Both the position numbers and the translations under genes were made by a program. Below, in pieces: positions 36,931-45,182 of a stretch of 46,589 nucleotides of DNA (position 1 is the first letter of the stretch; every line of letters starts with the position of its first letter). The DNA is from an uncultured Rhodospirillaceae bacterium (GTDB lineage: Bacteria > Pseudomonadota > Alphaproteobacteria > UBA7887), in the NCBI GenBank assembly GCA_964555535.1, contig CAZKTK010000001.1, positions 1 to 46,589 of the forward strand. Direction: 5' to 3'. Under the pieces are notes generated by a model, which was not told the DNA's origin, did no database searches, and saw only the letters and a list, made by a program, of their open reading frames with translations.

Positions 36931-37606
36931 CCCAAGTGCGACGTGTGCGGCGCTAAGCGTCGTGGCAAGCCTGTTGCTTGCCGTGGCACCGGCGGCATCC
37001 TATGAGCCGGCGCCCGTGCCGGCGGTCGACGAAAGCTACAAGGATCCCGCGCTTCAATCCCTGCGCAACCGCCTGCTCGATGCCCTGGTGCGTCGCGATG
37101 TCGATGGGATCCTCGCCATCGCCGCGCCCAATATCATGTTGAGCTTCGGCGGTGCGGGCGGCCATGCCGACTTGCGGCGCTGGCTGGAAGCCGATGACGG
37201 TCAGTATTGGTCCGAGCTCGAATACGCTTTGCGCATGGGCGGGCGCTTTCTCGGCAAGGACGAATTCTGGGCGCCCTTCGTCTTTCTTGCGCCCGAACTC
37301 AACAACGAGGCGTTCGACCCGTTCGCGACCTATGTCGTGACAGGGCGGGACGTTCTGGTCCGCGCGCAGCCATCGAGAGCTTCGGAGAGCCTAGGCACGC
37401 TGAGCCATGAAGTCGTCGTGGCGAGATGGCTCGAAGACGGAAGCCAATTCAGCAAGGACGGCGCCTGGCTCGCCGTCGAGTTGCCCAACGATCGGGGGCC
37501 GGGCTGGATCGCCAGCCGCTATGTCTATTCCGCCGTCGGTTATCGTCTCGGCTTCTATCGCGAGGACGGACGCTGGACCTGGACGGTCGCCATCGCGGGC
37601 GACTGA
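36899..37606 (+). CDS. hypothetical secreted protein with SH3b-like C-terminus
   Basis: Signal peptide 'RRRSPSATCAALSVVASLLLAVAPAAS'. The C-terminal 'VTGRDVLVRAQPSRASESLGTLSHEVVV...AWLAVELPNDRGPGWIASRYV' resembles bacterial SH3 domains. It overlaps the previous gene by 32 nt. Confidence 0.5.
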   Translation: MSDAASHRRRSPSATCAALSVVASLLLAVAPAASYEPAPVPAVDESYKDPALQSLRNRLLDALVRRDVDGILAIAAPNIMLSFGGAGGHADLRRWLEADDGQYWSELEYALRMGGRFLGKDEFWAPFVFLAPELNNEAFDPFATYVVTGRDVLVRAQPSRASESLGTLSHEVVVARWLEDGSQFSKDGAWLAVELPNDRGPGWIASRYVYSAVGYRLGFYREDGRWTWTVAIAGD

Positions 37607-37609
37607 GCT

Positions 37610-38467
37610 TTGGCGCTGGCCATCGTCACCGGGGCCAATGCGGGGCTCGGCAAGGAGACGGCAATCGGCCTGGCAGAGGCAGGCGTGAGCGTGGTCATGG
37701 CATGTCGCAGCCGAGAGCGAGGCGAAGCTGCCCTGGCCGACATTCTGCAACGCATGCCCGCTGCCGATCTCGCGGTCATGGAACTGGATCTGGCCAGTCT
37801 CGCCTCGGTCAGGCGCTTTGCCGCTGCGGTCCGCGAGGCCTATCCCAAGCTCGACTTGTTGATCAACAATGCGGGCATCATGGTGCCGCCGCCCGGGCAT
37901 AGCGAGGACGGCTTCGAGATCCAGATGGCGGCGAACTATTTCGGCCACTTCCTGCTTACGGCGCAGCTCATCGAGCATATGCCCGACAGCGCGCAAAGCC
38001 GCGTCGTCTCGCTCGCCAGTATCGCCCATAAGAGCGGTCGCATCCGTCCCGATGCGCTGGCGACGGCGGGCGACTACCGTCAAAGCAAGCTGGCCTGCCT
38101 GATGTTCGCCTTTGAGCTCGACCGCAGGCTGAGGCGTGCGGGATGCAAGGTCCTGTCGGTCGCCGCCCATCCCGGCGTCTCGCTGACACCGCTGGTGCGC
38201 CACATGAACCCGGCCCTTATCGCGCTGCTGCGCTACACGGTTGCGCCGGCCATCTTTCATTCGGCCGCGCGCGGCGCGGAACCGACATTACTTGCAGCGC
38301 TCGGCAAGACTGTGGAGGGCGGTCAGTATTTCGGGCCGCAAGGCTTCATGGAAATGCGCGGGCCGCCCGGGATCGCGCGCGTCGCACCCCAGGCCAGGGA
38401 CGAGACCATGGCGTACCGGCTTTGGCAGGAGTCGGAAACACTCACGGGCGCGACTTTCGCGCTCTAA
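37610..38467 (+). CDS. SDR family oxidoreductase (retinol-dehydrogenase-like), unusually short N-terminus
   Basis: 'AIVTGANAGLGKETA', 'NNAG', 'YRQSKLA'. The only available start is the TTG at 37610, 3 codons before the Rossmann strand. It is in the same frame as the upstream ORF, separated by TGA-GCT. Confidence 0.7.
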   Translation: MALAIVTGANAGLGKETAIGLAEAGVSVVMACRSRERGEAALADILQRMPAADLAVMELDLASLASVRRFAAAVREAYPKLDLLINNAGIMVPPPGHSEDGFEIQMAANYFGHFLLTAQLIEHMPDSAQSRVVSLASIAHKSGRIRPDALATAGDYRQSKLACLMFAFELDRRLRRAGCKVLSVAAHPGVSLTPLVRHMNPALIALLRYTVAPAIFHSAARGAEPTLLAALGKTVEGGQYFGPQGFMEMRGPPGIARVAPQARDETMAYRLWQESETLTGATFAL

Positions 38468-40143
38468 CTGCTGAACTGCCTCAGCACCGCGCCCGGCAGA
38501 GCGCCGTTGACACATAGGCCGCCGGAATCGGCGATGCGGCTGCCGTTGACCCAGGTGCCATGCAAACCGTTGGCATCGCATACAAGGCGGCTGGCACCAG
38601 CAGGCAGGTCGTGGACGCGGCGATTGGGCGTGCGCCCGACGGTCGCCGGGTCGAACAGCATCATATCGGCCCAGGCGCCAGGCTTCAGGCGCCCGCGATC
38701 GGGGATGCGGTAGATGTCGGCCTGGCGCCCGGTCATCTCGTAGACCGCGCGCTCGAGCGGAAACAGCCCGCGCTCGCGCACCCAGGTGCCGTAGAGATGC
38801 AGGCCGAAGCCGGCATCGCAGAAGAAGGTAAGATGCGCGCCCGCATCGGACAGCGCGATGGTGCTGTGGGGATCGCTCAATAGCTTGCCCACCGCCTCGG
38901 GCTGGGCGTTGAGAAGCACCGAGGCGAAGGTCGTCTTCATGTCCTCGCCCAGGCCGAAATCGAGAATCCAGTCGAGGGGGTCGACGCCGTCCGCCGCCGC
39001 CAGGGAAGCGATGTCGCAGCCTTCCTTGTCGCGGTTGGCCGGGTCCGCCACTTCGGCGATCTTGATGCCGCTCCAGTCGCCCGTGAACGCCGTCATCTTG
39101 CCTTGATCGGCGATCTCGGCCTTCACTGCCGCGCGCAATTCGAGGTCGCGGTAGAGGGTTGGCAGCTCTTCCGGTGCCGCCTCCATGATGGGCTTCCAGG
39201 AGTCGAAGGCCTCCATCATGTACGGATTGTACAAGGTGAAATCCAAGGTCAGCGGACAGCAGGAGACCTGGCCGTAAAGTTCGTGGCCACGCGCATTGGC
39301 CGCGCCGATCTTCACCATGGCGCCCAAGGTGGCTCGGTCGTTCTGGGGGTTATGCAGCAGCGCGGCGACAATCACCGGCCGCCCGGAAGTCTCCGTCAGG
39401 GATTCGAGGAAGCTCAGCCGCGAGCTCGAGCCGCGCGTGAGCATGAAAGTGCCGCGGTCGCCTTCGGCCATGGCAGCAACCAGCGCCTCGATCTCGCCTT
39501 GCTCCGCAAGGCGCGAGGGCATGGGCACACCGCCGGCGCCGTTGTGGCCTTCGAAGGTGGAGGTGGCGAAACCGATGGCGCCCGCGTCCATCGCCTCGCG
39601 CATGAGCCCGGCCATCGCTGCAATCTCGTCAGCCGTGGCGGCGCGCTCGGTGGCATCGTCGCCCATCACCCAGGTGCGCAGCGAGGAATGGCCGGCGAAG
39701 CAGGCGACGTTGAGGCCGACACCGCGTTCGGCGATGTGATCAAGATATTCGCCGAAGCTCTCGAAGCCCCACTGCATGCCCTCGGCGAGCGCCTCGTTCG
39801 ACATGCCCTCCACATTGCACAGATTGCGCGCGGTAACCGCGCGGTGCTCGGGCTTGCAGGGCGCGACGGTAAAGCCGCAATTGCCCATCAGCACCGTGGT
39901 CACGCCAAGGCGTGAAGAGGGATCAAGCCAGGGATCCCAGGTGACCTGGGCGTCGTAATGAGTGTGGGTGTCGATGATGCCCGGGGCCAGCGCCAGGCCC
40001 TCGGCATCGACGGTCTCGTGGCCGGCGCCGACATCGCTGCCGATCTCGGCCACACGCCCTTTCGACACGGCCAGCGCGCCTTCGCGCGGGGCCTCGCCGC
40101 TGCCGTCGTAGATGACGGCATTCTTGATTACCAGGTCATGCAT
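38464..40143 (-). CDS. N-acyl-D-amino-acid deacylase (D-aminoacylase) family amidohydrolase
   Basis: 'MHDLVIKNAVIYDGSG', 'APGIIDTHTHYD', 'GVTTVLMGNCG' and 'SDAGAH' are typical Amidohydro_3/D-aminoacylase blocks. Confidence 0.85.
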   Translation of the reverse strand: MHDLVIKNAVIYDGSGEAPREGALAVSKGRVAEIGSDVGAGHETVDAEGLALAPGIIDTHTHYDAQVTWDPWLDPSSRLGVTTVLMGNCGFTVAPCKPEHRAVTARNLCNVEGMSNEALAEGMQWGFESFGEYLDHIAERGVGLNVACFAGHSSLRTWVMGDDATERAATADEIAAMAGLMREAMDAGAIGFATSTFEGHNGAGGVPMPSRLAEQGEIEALVAAMAEGDRGTFMLTRGSSSRLSFLESLTETSGRPVIVAALLHNPQNDRATLGAMVKIGAANARGHELYGQVSCCPLTLDFTLYNPYMMEAFDSWKPIMEAAPEELPTLYRDLELRAAVKAEIADQGKMTAFTGDWSGIKIAEVADPANRDKEGCDIASLAAADGVDPLDWILDFGLGEDMKTTFASVLLNAQPEAVGKLLSDPHSTIALSDAGAHLTFFCDAGFGLHLYGTWVRERGLFPLERAVYEMTGRQADIYRIPDRGRLKPGAWADMMLFDPATVGRTPNRRVHDLPAGASRLVCDANGLHGTWVNGSRIADSGGLCVNGALPGAVLRQFSS

Positions 40144-40184
40144 GGGGAGAACTGTGCCGCAGGCGGGCGGCCCTGTCCATCGCC

Positions 40185-40805
40185 TCAGGTCAAAGCTATG
40201 CCGGCGACGCGGGCCTCGAATGCGGGGCGTGCACGGATGCGCGCGAACCAGGCGTCGAGCGCTGCCATCGCCGGTGGCGCCTTGGCGAGGGAGAACCAGC
40301 GCCAGGCCAGGATGGCGAGCGGGATGTCGGCGACGGTGAAGCTATCGCCCATGATCCACTCGCGCCCCACGAGCCGGGCATCGAGGATCTGCCAGATCGG
40401 CACCGCGGCCGCCTCGGCTTCCGCGATCTGCGCTTCCGTATAGGCCTCGGGCGTGCGCACCCGGCCCCAGAAAATCGTGGTGAGCGGCACCACCACGGTG
40501 CTCTGCTGCCAATCCATCCAGCGATCCGCATCGGCCCGTGCGCGCGCATCGGTGGGCCACATCGAGCCAGAGGCATAGCGGGCGCCGAGATAGCGCAGAA
40601 TGGCGTTGCTTTCCCACAGCACGAAGCCGTCATCCTCGATGGTGGGAACACGCGCATTGGGATTGCGCGCCAGCATGTCCGCATCGGTGGTGCGGCCGAA
40701 GTCGCCGCCGATCTCCTCATGCTCGAATGTCAGCGCCGCCTCGTCGCAGAACCACAGCACTTTCTGCACATTGGACGAATTGCGCCGCCCCCAGACCCTC
40801 AGCAT
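40185..40805 (-). CDS. glutathione S-transferase (GstB/YliJ-like)
   Basis: 'LRVWGRRNSSNVQKVLW', 'ARVPTIEDDGFVLWESNAILRYL'. It starts 10 nt after the nitrile hydratase alpha stop. Confidence 0.8.
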   Translation of the reverse strand: MLRVWGRRNSSNVQKVLWFCDEAALTFEHEEIGGDFGRTTDADMLARNPNARVPTIEDDGFVLWESNAILRYLGARYASGSMWPTDARARADADRWMDWQQSTVVVPLTTIFWGRVRTPEAYTEAQIAEAEAAAVPIWQILDARLVGREWIMGDSFTVADIPLAILAWRWFSLAKAPPAMAALDAWFARIRARPAFEARVAGIALT

Positions 40806-40815
40806 GGTGCGCGGC

Positions 40816-41439
40816 CTATTCCGCGGCTTGCGCCGCTTGCGGCGAAAGCGGCAGGCCGACGCCGATCATGCTGTCGCGGGTCACCAGCTTGGCGAGATCC
40901 GCCTCGCTCCAGCCCTCGGTGCCCTCGGGTCTCTTCGGCAGCACCATGTAACGCATGTCGGCGGTGGAATCGTGCACCCGCAGTTCCACGTCATCGGCCA
41001 TCGTGACGCCGAATTCCTTCAGCACCACACGCGGCTCCCGCACCACGCGCTTGCGGTATTCCGGCGCCTTGTACCAGTCCGGCGGCAGGCCGAGCACGGT
41101 GCGCGGATAGCAGGAGCAAAGGGTGCAGACGAAGAGATTGTGTACATCGTCGGTGTTCTCGACCACCACCAGAAGCGTGCCGTCGAGTGTCAAACCGAGT
41201 TCCTCGGCCGCAGCGCTGCCGTCCGCCAGCATGCGTGCCCGATACGCCTCGTCCACCCAGGCACGGGCGACCATGCGGGCGCCGTCGGCCGGGCTGCGGG
41301 CATCCATGCGCGCCATCTGCTTTTCGATGCGCTCCTCGCTGAGCACGCCCTTCTCGACCAGCAGCTCGCGCACCGCAACGGCGAGATGGCGGTAATAGGG
41401 ATCGTGCACCCCGTGGCGGTGATTGACTTCGTCGCTCAT
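40816..41439 (-). CDS. nthA: nitrile hydratase alpha subunit, Co-type
   Basis: Metal-binding 'VCTLCSCYP', 'VVENTDDVHN', 'LGLPPDWYK', 'STADMRYMVLPKRPEGTEGWSE', 'LVTRDSMIGV'. The ATG overlaps the upstream stop (ATGA). The listed 25-codon extension is rejected. Confidence 0.85.
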   Translation of the reverse strand: MSDEVNHRHGVHDPYYRHLAVAVRELLVEKGVLSEERIEKQMARMDARSPADGARMVARAWVDEAYRARMLADGSAAAEELGLTLDGTLLVVVENTDDVHNLFVCTLCSCYPRTVLGLPPDWYKAPEYRKRVVREPRVVLKEFGVTMADDVELRVHDSTADMRYMVLPKRPEGTEGWSEADLAKLVTRDSMIGVGLPLSPQAAQAAE

Positions 41440-41735
41440 GACGCCTGCTCCAGCCAGTGTTCGTAGATCTCGACCTCGACGCAGTCCTGGGCCGCGCCCG
41501 TATAGTCGGGCCACAGGTGGCTTTGGGCGAAGCGCACCCGATAGAGGGTCTGCTTGGGCAGGCCGTCCTCGCCATAGGCGAGCGCTTCTGGATTGCGGAA
41601 GGTGCCGCAGATGCGCTCGATCTCGCCGCTCTTGCCGCGCACATACCAGGGCGTGCGCAAATGGGGCTTGCGCGGCTCGTTGGGCGGATCGCGATCGGCC
41701 ACCTTGACCTTCTCGCCGACGGCGAAACGGCTCAT
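41436..41735 (-). CDS. nthB: nitrile hydratase beta subunit, C-terminal half as a separate ORF
   Basis: 'FAVGEKVKV...HLRTPWYVRGKSGEIERICGTFRNPEALAYGEDGLPKQTLYRVRF...LW...VEVEIYEHWLE' is the SH3-like C-terminal domain of NHase beta. The ATG at 41735 overlaps the preceding stop (ATGA). Confidence 0.75.
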   Translation of the reverse strand: MSRFAVGEKVKVADRDPPNEPRKPHLRTPWYVRGKSGEIERICGTFRNPEALAYGEDGLPKQTLYRVRFAQSHLWPDYTGAAQDCVEVEIYEHWLEQAS

Positions 41736-42040
41736 GCCTCTCCCTCCCGCGCCGCCACCTCGGCCACGCGCGCCTTCACCTCGGCCTCGTCGAGCACGCC
41801 CTTCTCGACCAGAATGGCTGTGATGGATGCGATCCAGCGCTCGTAGTAGCTGAGGGACGCGTAGGCATCCGGCGCCAACGCCTCGATGCCGCGGCGCAGC
41901 TCGTCGACGCGCATGAGGCGCTCTTCCTGGATCAGCAGCGACATCAGCGCATCGATACGCTTCTCCCAAATGTCGTAATCGTGCTCGCCGATCTCGACCG
42001 GCCCGGCCGGCTGGCCGCCCATATCATGATGACTGCGCAT
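41732..42040 (-). CDS. nthB: nitrile hydratase beta subunit, N-terminal half as a separate ORF
   Basis: 'HHDMGGQPAGPVE...WEKRIDALMSLL...LSYYERWIASITAILVEKGVL' is the NHase beta N-terminal helical domain. The ATG at 42040 is preceded by GGGAGGA. Confidence 0.75.
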   Translation of the reverse strand: MRSHHDMGGQPAGPVEIGEHDYDIWEKRIDALMSLLIQEERLMRVDELRRGIEALAPDAYASLSYYERWIASITAILVEKGVLDEAEVKARVAEVAAREGEA

Positions 42041-42214
42041 ATTCGTCCTCCCACGGGCCGCATTGTGAGAGGGCGGCGGGGGCTTGGCAAGGGTGGGAAA
42101 AGGAAGCGCACGCGGAGGCGCGGAGAGGTCGAGACCGTCAACCTGTACACTGATGCGAAGGATATTCGCACCAGGGGTTCCTTCTCAAACGGCAAAGAAG
42201 TGAAGACAAAAAAC

Positions 42215-43948
42215 TTAGTAAAGAGCCCTCGAAACACGGAAGCCGACATTGTTAGCACTGCCCTCGGTGCCGCCCCAGTCGCGGACGGCGGCGCGCAGGT
42301 GCCACGGTGTGCTGTCCCAGGAACCGCCGCGAATCACCCGCTGGCAACCACTTGAACCCGACCATGCGGCCGCACGGCTCGGTGCTCCAGAATAATTATC
42401 ATGCCAACAATCCTGCGTCCACTCCCATACATTGCCGAGCATGTCGTGAAGACCAAAGCCGTTAGGCGAAAAGCTACCGACAGGTGCTGTCTGCTGTTTG
42501 TCCCAGCGGCTGCCGCAGCCATCGCAATTCGCGTTGTTGTGCTTGATACCACTGCCCCAGTACCGCGCGGTCTGCGTGCCGGCGCGTGCCGCATATTCCC
42601 ATTCCGCTTCGCTCAAGAGCCGGTACTCATGCCCTGTCTCTCGGTTCAGCCAGCGCACGTACTCTTGTGCATCATCCCAAGAGACATTGATCACAGGGCG
42701 GGTGCCACGGCCCCAGCCCTCATCGGCAGGACGATGGCTGCAGCCGCCCGCCGAGACACAGGCATCCCACTGAGAGAACGTCACCTCGTATTTCCCGACC
42801 GCGAAGGCCTGCTCCACCGAAACGCGGTGCATCGGCTCCTCATCGCTATAGCGCCCCTCTTCGCCGCTCGGAGAGCCCATCTGAAAACTACCCGCCGGTA
42901 CCACTACCACCTCAGGGCAGGTCGGACAGTCGCGGAAGCTCTCGCCCGGGTGATACGAGGGCGGCTCCTGCACTGGCTCAGGCGGCGGTGCCACTACCGC
43001 CACCTCAATCTCGCTCAGCGTCTCAAGTCTGTTGCGAGCGAGGGTGACGAACGCGCCATCGGGGAATTGCGCAAGGTAGGCCGCGAAATCCGAGGCGCGA
43101 GCGCTGTCCTTGATGGTCTCCCAGAACGCCAGTTCGATGGCGCGTTCATCGATACTAGGGGCCGGCTCGGCTTCAGAGTCCGCTACGGGCTCTGATGCCG
43201 CCACCAGATAATAGTCCTCGCCGGTCAGCGACGACGCCTCCCATGGTGTCTGCTGGCCCTGGGTCGCTGCCAACACTTCGTTGCGGGCATTCTTGAAGAC
43301 CCGCTCGATGCTGATGCCCGGCGCGGCGATGGCTCTTGCCAGGGCTTCGGTATAGGGGCTGTTGGCGCCGTCGCCATCGAGGGCCACCTGCCCCGGCGCC
43401 GTCGAATAGGCGATCAGTGTGCCCGTGGGCGCCTCCATCAGCGCCAGGCCACGGCTGACGGTGCGGAAGCTGCGGGCGAAGGGGTTGTTACGGCAGGCGT
43501 CGAGGATGATGATGTTGAGTCCGTTGCGGGCGTCCTCGATGGTGCGCAGGATAGCGTTGGCGCTGATGGCGTAGATGTCCACATCGCCCTCGTCCTCGAT
43601 CTCGGCGTCGATGGGGATGAGGAAGTTCTCGCCGCGCACCTGCAGCCCGTGGCCGGCATAGTAGAAGAGGCCCAACGCCTCGCCTTGCGCCGCCTTGAGG
43701 CGATTGCCGAAATCCTTCACGGCGCGCTGGATGTCGCGCTGGCCGGCATCCATCGTCTCGATCACGTCGAAACCCTGGGCGCGCAATGTCGCGCTCATGA
43801 GCCTCGCGTCATTGACCGGATTGGCGAGCGGAATGTCGGGATAGGCCGAGTTGCCGATCACCAGCGCAATGCGCTGCTCGGCGAGCGCGCCGGTCGTGGC
43901 CAGCAGCAACGCCGCCAACACCAGGATCATCCGTCGGATCGCGCCCAT
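42215..43948 (-). CDS. secreted caspase (peptidase C14) - FGE-sulfatase domain fusion protein
   Basis: Signal peptide MGAIRRMILVLAALLLATTGALA. Caspase dyad: 'FYYAGHG' and 'IILDACRNNP'. FGE-type domain: 'FRDCPTCPEVVVVPAGSFQMGS', 'KYEVTFSQWDACV', 'HDMLGNVWEWTQD', 'RGGSW', 'GFRVSR'. The ATG at 43948 is preceded by GGAGGG. Confidence 0.8.
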   Translation of the reverse strand: MGAIRRMILVLAALLLATTGALAEQRIALVIGNSAYPDIPLANPVNDARLMSATLRAQGFDVIETMDAGQRDIQRAVKDFGNRLKAAQGEALGLFYYAGHGLQVRGENFLIPIDAEIEDEGDVDIYAISANAILRTIEDARNGLNIIILDACRNNPFARSFRTVSRGLALMEAPTGTLIAYSTAPGQVALDGDGANSPYTEALARAIAAPGISIERVFKNARNEVLAATQGQQTPWEASSLTGEDYYLVAASEPVADSEAEPAPSIDERAIELAFWETIKDSARASDFAAYLAQFPDGAFVTLARNRLETLSEIEVAVVAPPPEPVQEPPSYHPGESFRDCPTCPEVVVVPAGSFQMGSPSGEEGRYSDEEPMHRVSVEQAFAVGKYEVTFSQWDACVSAGGCSHRPADEGWGRGTRPVINVSWDDAQEYVRWLNRETGHEYRLLSEAEWEYAARAGTQTARYWGSGIKHNNANCDGCGSRWDKQQTAPVGSFSPNGFGLHDMLGNVWEWTQDCWHDNYSGAPSRAAAWSGSSGCQRVIRGGSWDSTPWHLRAAVRDWGGTEGSANNVGFRVSRALY

Positions 43949-44027
43949 CGAGCCCTCCGGCAAGTCACCGATTGCGCGAGTGTGCCACAATCAGCGCAGC
44001 TTGCCGAGCCGTGTCGGCAATTCGGTT

Positions 44028-44147
44028 CCGGACACCATTTATTTCAGTGATTTCTAAATTATTTCAATAGGTTAGTAAAACAGCATACCGAAAATACTGT
44101 TAATTTATTGATATTATTCGATAAATTAGGAATTAATAGGTGCCCGG
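44028..44147. repeat. AT-rich MITE-like element, copy 2 (diverged)
   Basis: Imperfect terminal inverted repeats CCGGACACC and GGTGCCCGG. It is about 30% G+C by hand count. The exact 15-mer TATTTCAATAGGTTA (44060-44074) also occurs at 25348-25362. 'GATTTCTAAATTATTTCAA' is near-identical to the reverse complement of 25395-25413 region of copy 1. It has internal palindromes AACAG..CTGTT and TAATTTAT..ATAAATTA. Confidence 0.45.
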
Positions 44148-44251
44148 TACCGATCTTTCAGGCGGCGCTGTTGCAGGACATGCGCCGTCATATCAACGAG
44201 GCGCGGCCCCTCTGCGGCTCCGCGTGTCTCTTCTTCCTCCTCGCGGTGCCC

Positions 44252-45136
44252 TCACCCCAGCCCAGCCACGAAATCCGCGACCGCTTCGCCGATCTGGTCG
44301 GGGGAGTCTTCCTGGATGAAATGCAGACCCGGCACCGTGACCTCGGTCTGGTTGGGCCAGGCGCGGCAGAACTCGCGTTGCTCGCCGATGAGGATGCTGC
44401 CGGGCTCGGCGTTGATGAAGAGCTTGGGCAGGTCGCTTGACGCCAGCCATTCGGAATAGCCCTCGGCGATGGCGACCACGTCCGCCGGCTCGCCGTCGAT
44501 GGGGATCTGGCGCGGCCAGGTGAGCGTCGGGCGGCGGGACTCGCCGGGTTCCGTGAAGCGCTTGCGGTAGTGCGCCATCTCGGCGTCGCTCAGCCCACGA
44601 GCGACGGCGCGGGGCAGCAGCACCTCGACGAACAGGTTCTTAGTCAGCACCATGTCGTCGCCGGCCGGCGAGCGCAGGGCCTGGAAGAACTCGCGCGCAC
44701 CGTCGGGCCAGTCGGCCCAGGTCACGGGCTTCACCAGGGCTTCCATATAGGCGATGCCGGCGATGCGGTCCTGGTTGCGATGGGCCCAGTGGAAACCGAG
44801 GCCCGAGCCCCAGTCGTGCACCACCAGCACCGCATCGCGCAGGTCCATGGCGTCGAACCAGGCATCGAGATAGCGGGCATGGGTGGCGAAGCTGTAGTCG
44901 CCGTCCGATGACACGCCCGAGTCCCCCATGCCGATGAGGTCGGGCGCCAGGCAACGATTGCCTTCGGCGAGGTGCGGAATCACATTGCGCCAGAGATAGG
45001 ACGAGGTGGGATTGCCGTGCAGGAACACCACCGGGCAGCCGTCGGCCTTGCCCGTATCCACATAGGCGATCTCGGAATCGAGTGCGGCCACGCGCTTGCG
45101 CGGGTGCGGGTCATCGGCGGATGGCGTGGCTGTCAT
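44252..45136 (-). CDS. haloalkane dehalogenase (HLD-II, DhaA/LinB-like)
   Basis: 'VVFLHGNPTSSYLWRNVIPHL', nucleophile 'VVHDWGSGLGF', 'RPTLTWPRQIPIDGEP', catalytic His in 'GLHFIQEDSP'. The start at MTATPSADD is preceded by GAGGAG. Confidence 0.85.
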   Translation of the reverse strand: MTATPSADDPHPRKRVAALDSEIAYVDTGKADGCPVVFLHGNPTSSYLWRNVIPHLAEGNRCLAPDLIGMGDSGVSSDGDYSFATHARYLDAWFDAMDLRDAVLVVHDWGSGLGFHWAHRNQDRIAGIAYMEALVKPVTWADWPDGAREFFQALRSPAGDDMVLTKNLFVEVLLPRAVARGLSDAEMAHYRKRFTEPGESRRPTLTWPRQIPIDGEPADVVAIAEGYSEWLASSDLPKLFINAEPGSILIGEQREFCRAWPNQTEVTVPGLHFIQEDSPDQIGEAVADFVAGLG

Positions 45137-45182
45137 GATACTGCTCCTCTTCGCACGCATTCGGGTCTGCCGAGGAGCCGCG

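Noticed and set aside
41436-41969. 177-aa listed ORF as a single protein
   Set aside because: Its first 78 codons (Arg/Gly-rich) are an out-of-frame overlap of the beta-N gene. Homology to NHase beta begins only at the internal ATG at 41735, which overlaps the upstream stop.
44108-44440. 110-aa plus-strand ORF starting inside the AT-rich element
   Set aside because: Most of it is antisense to the 3' end of the haloalkane dehalogenase gene. It has no RBS and no motif.
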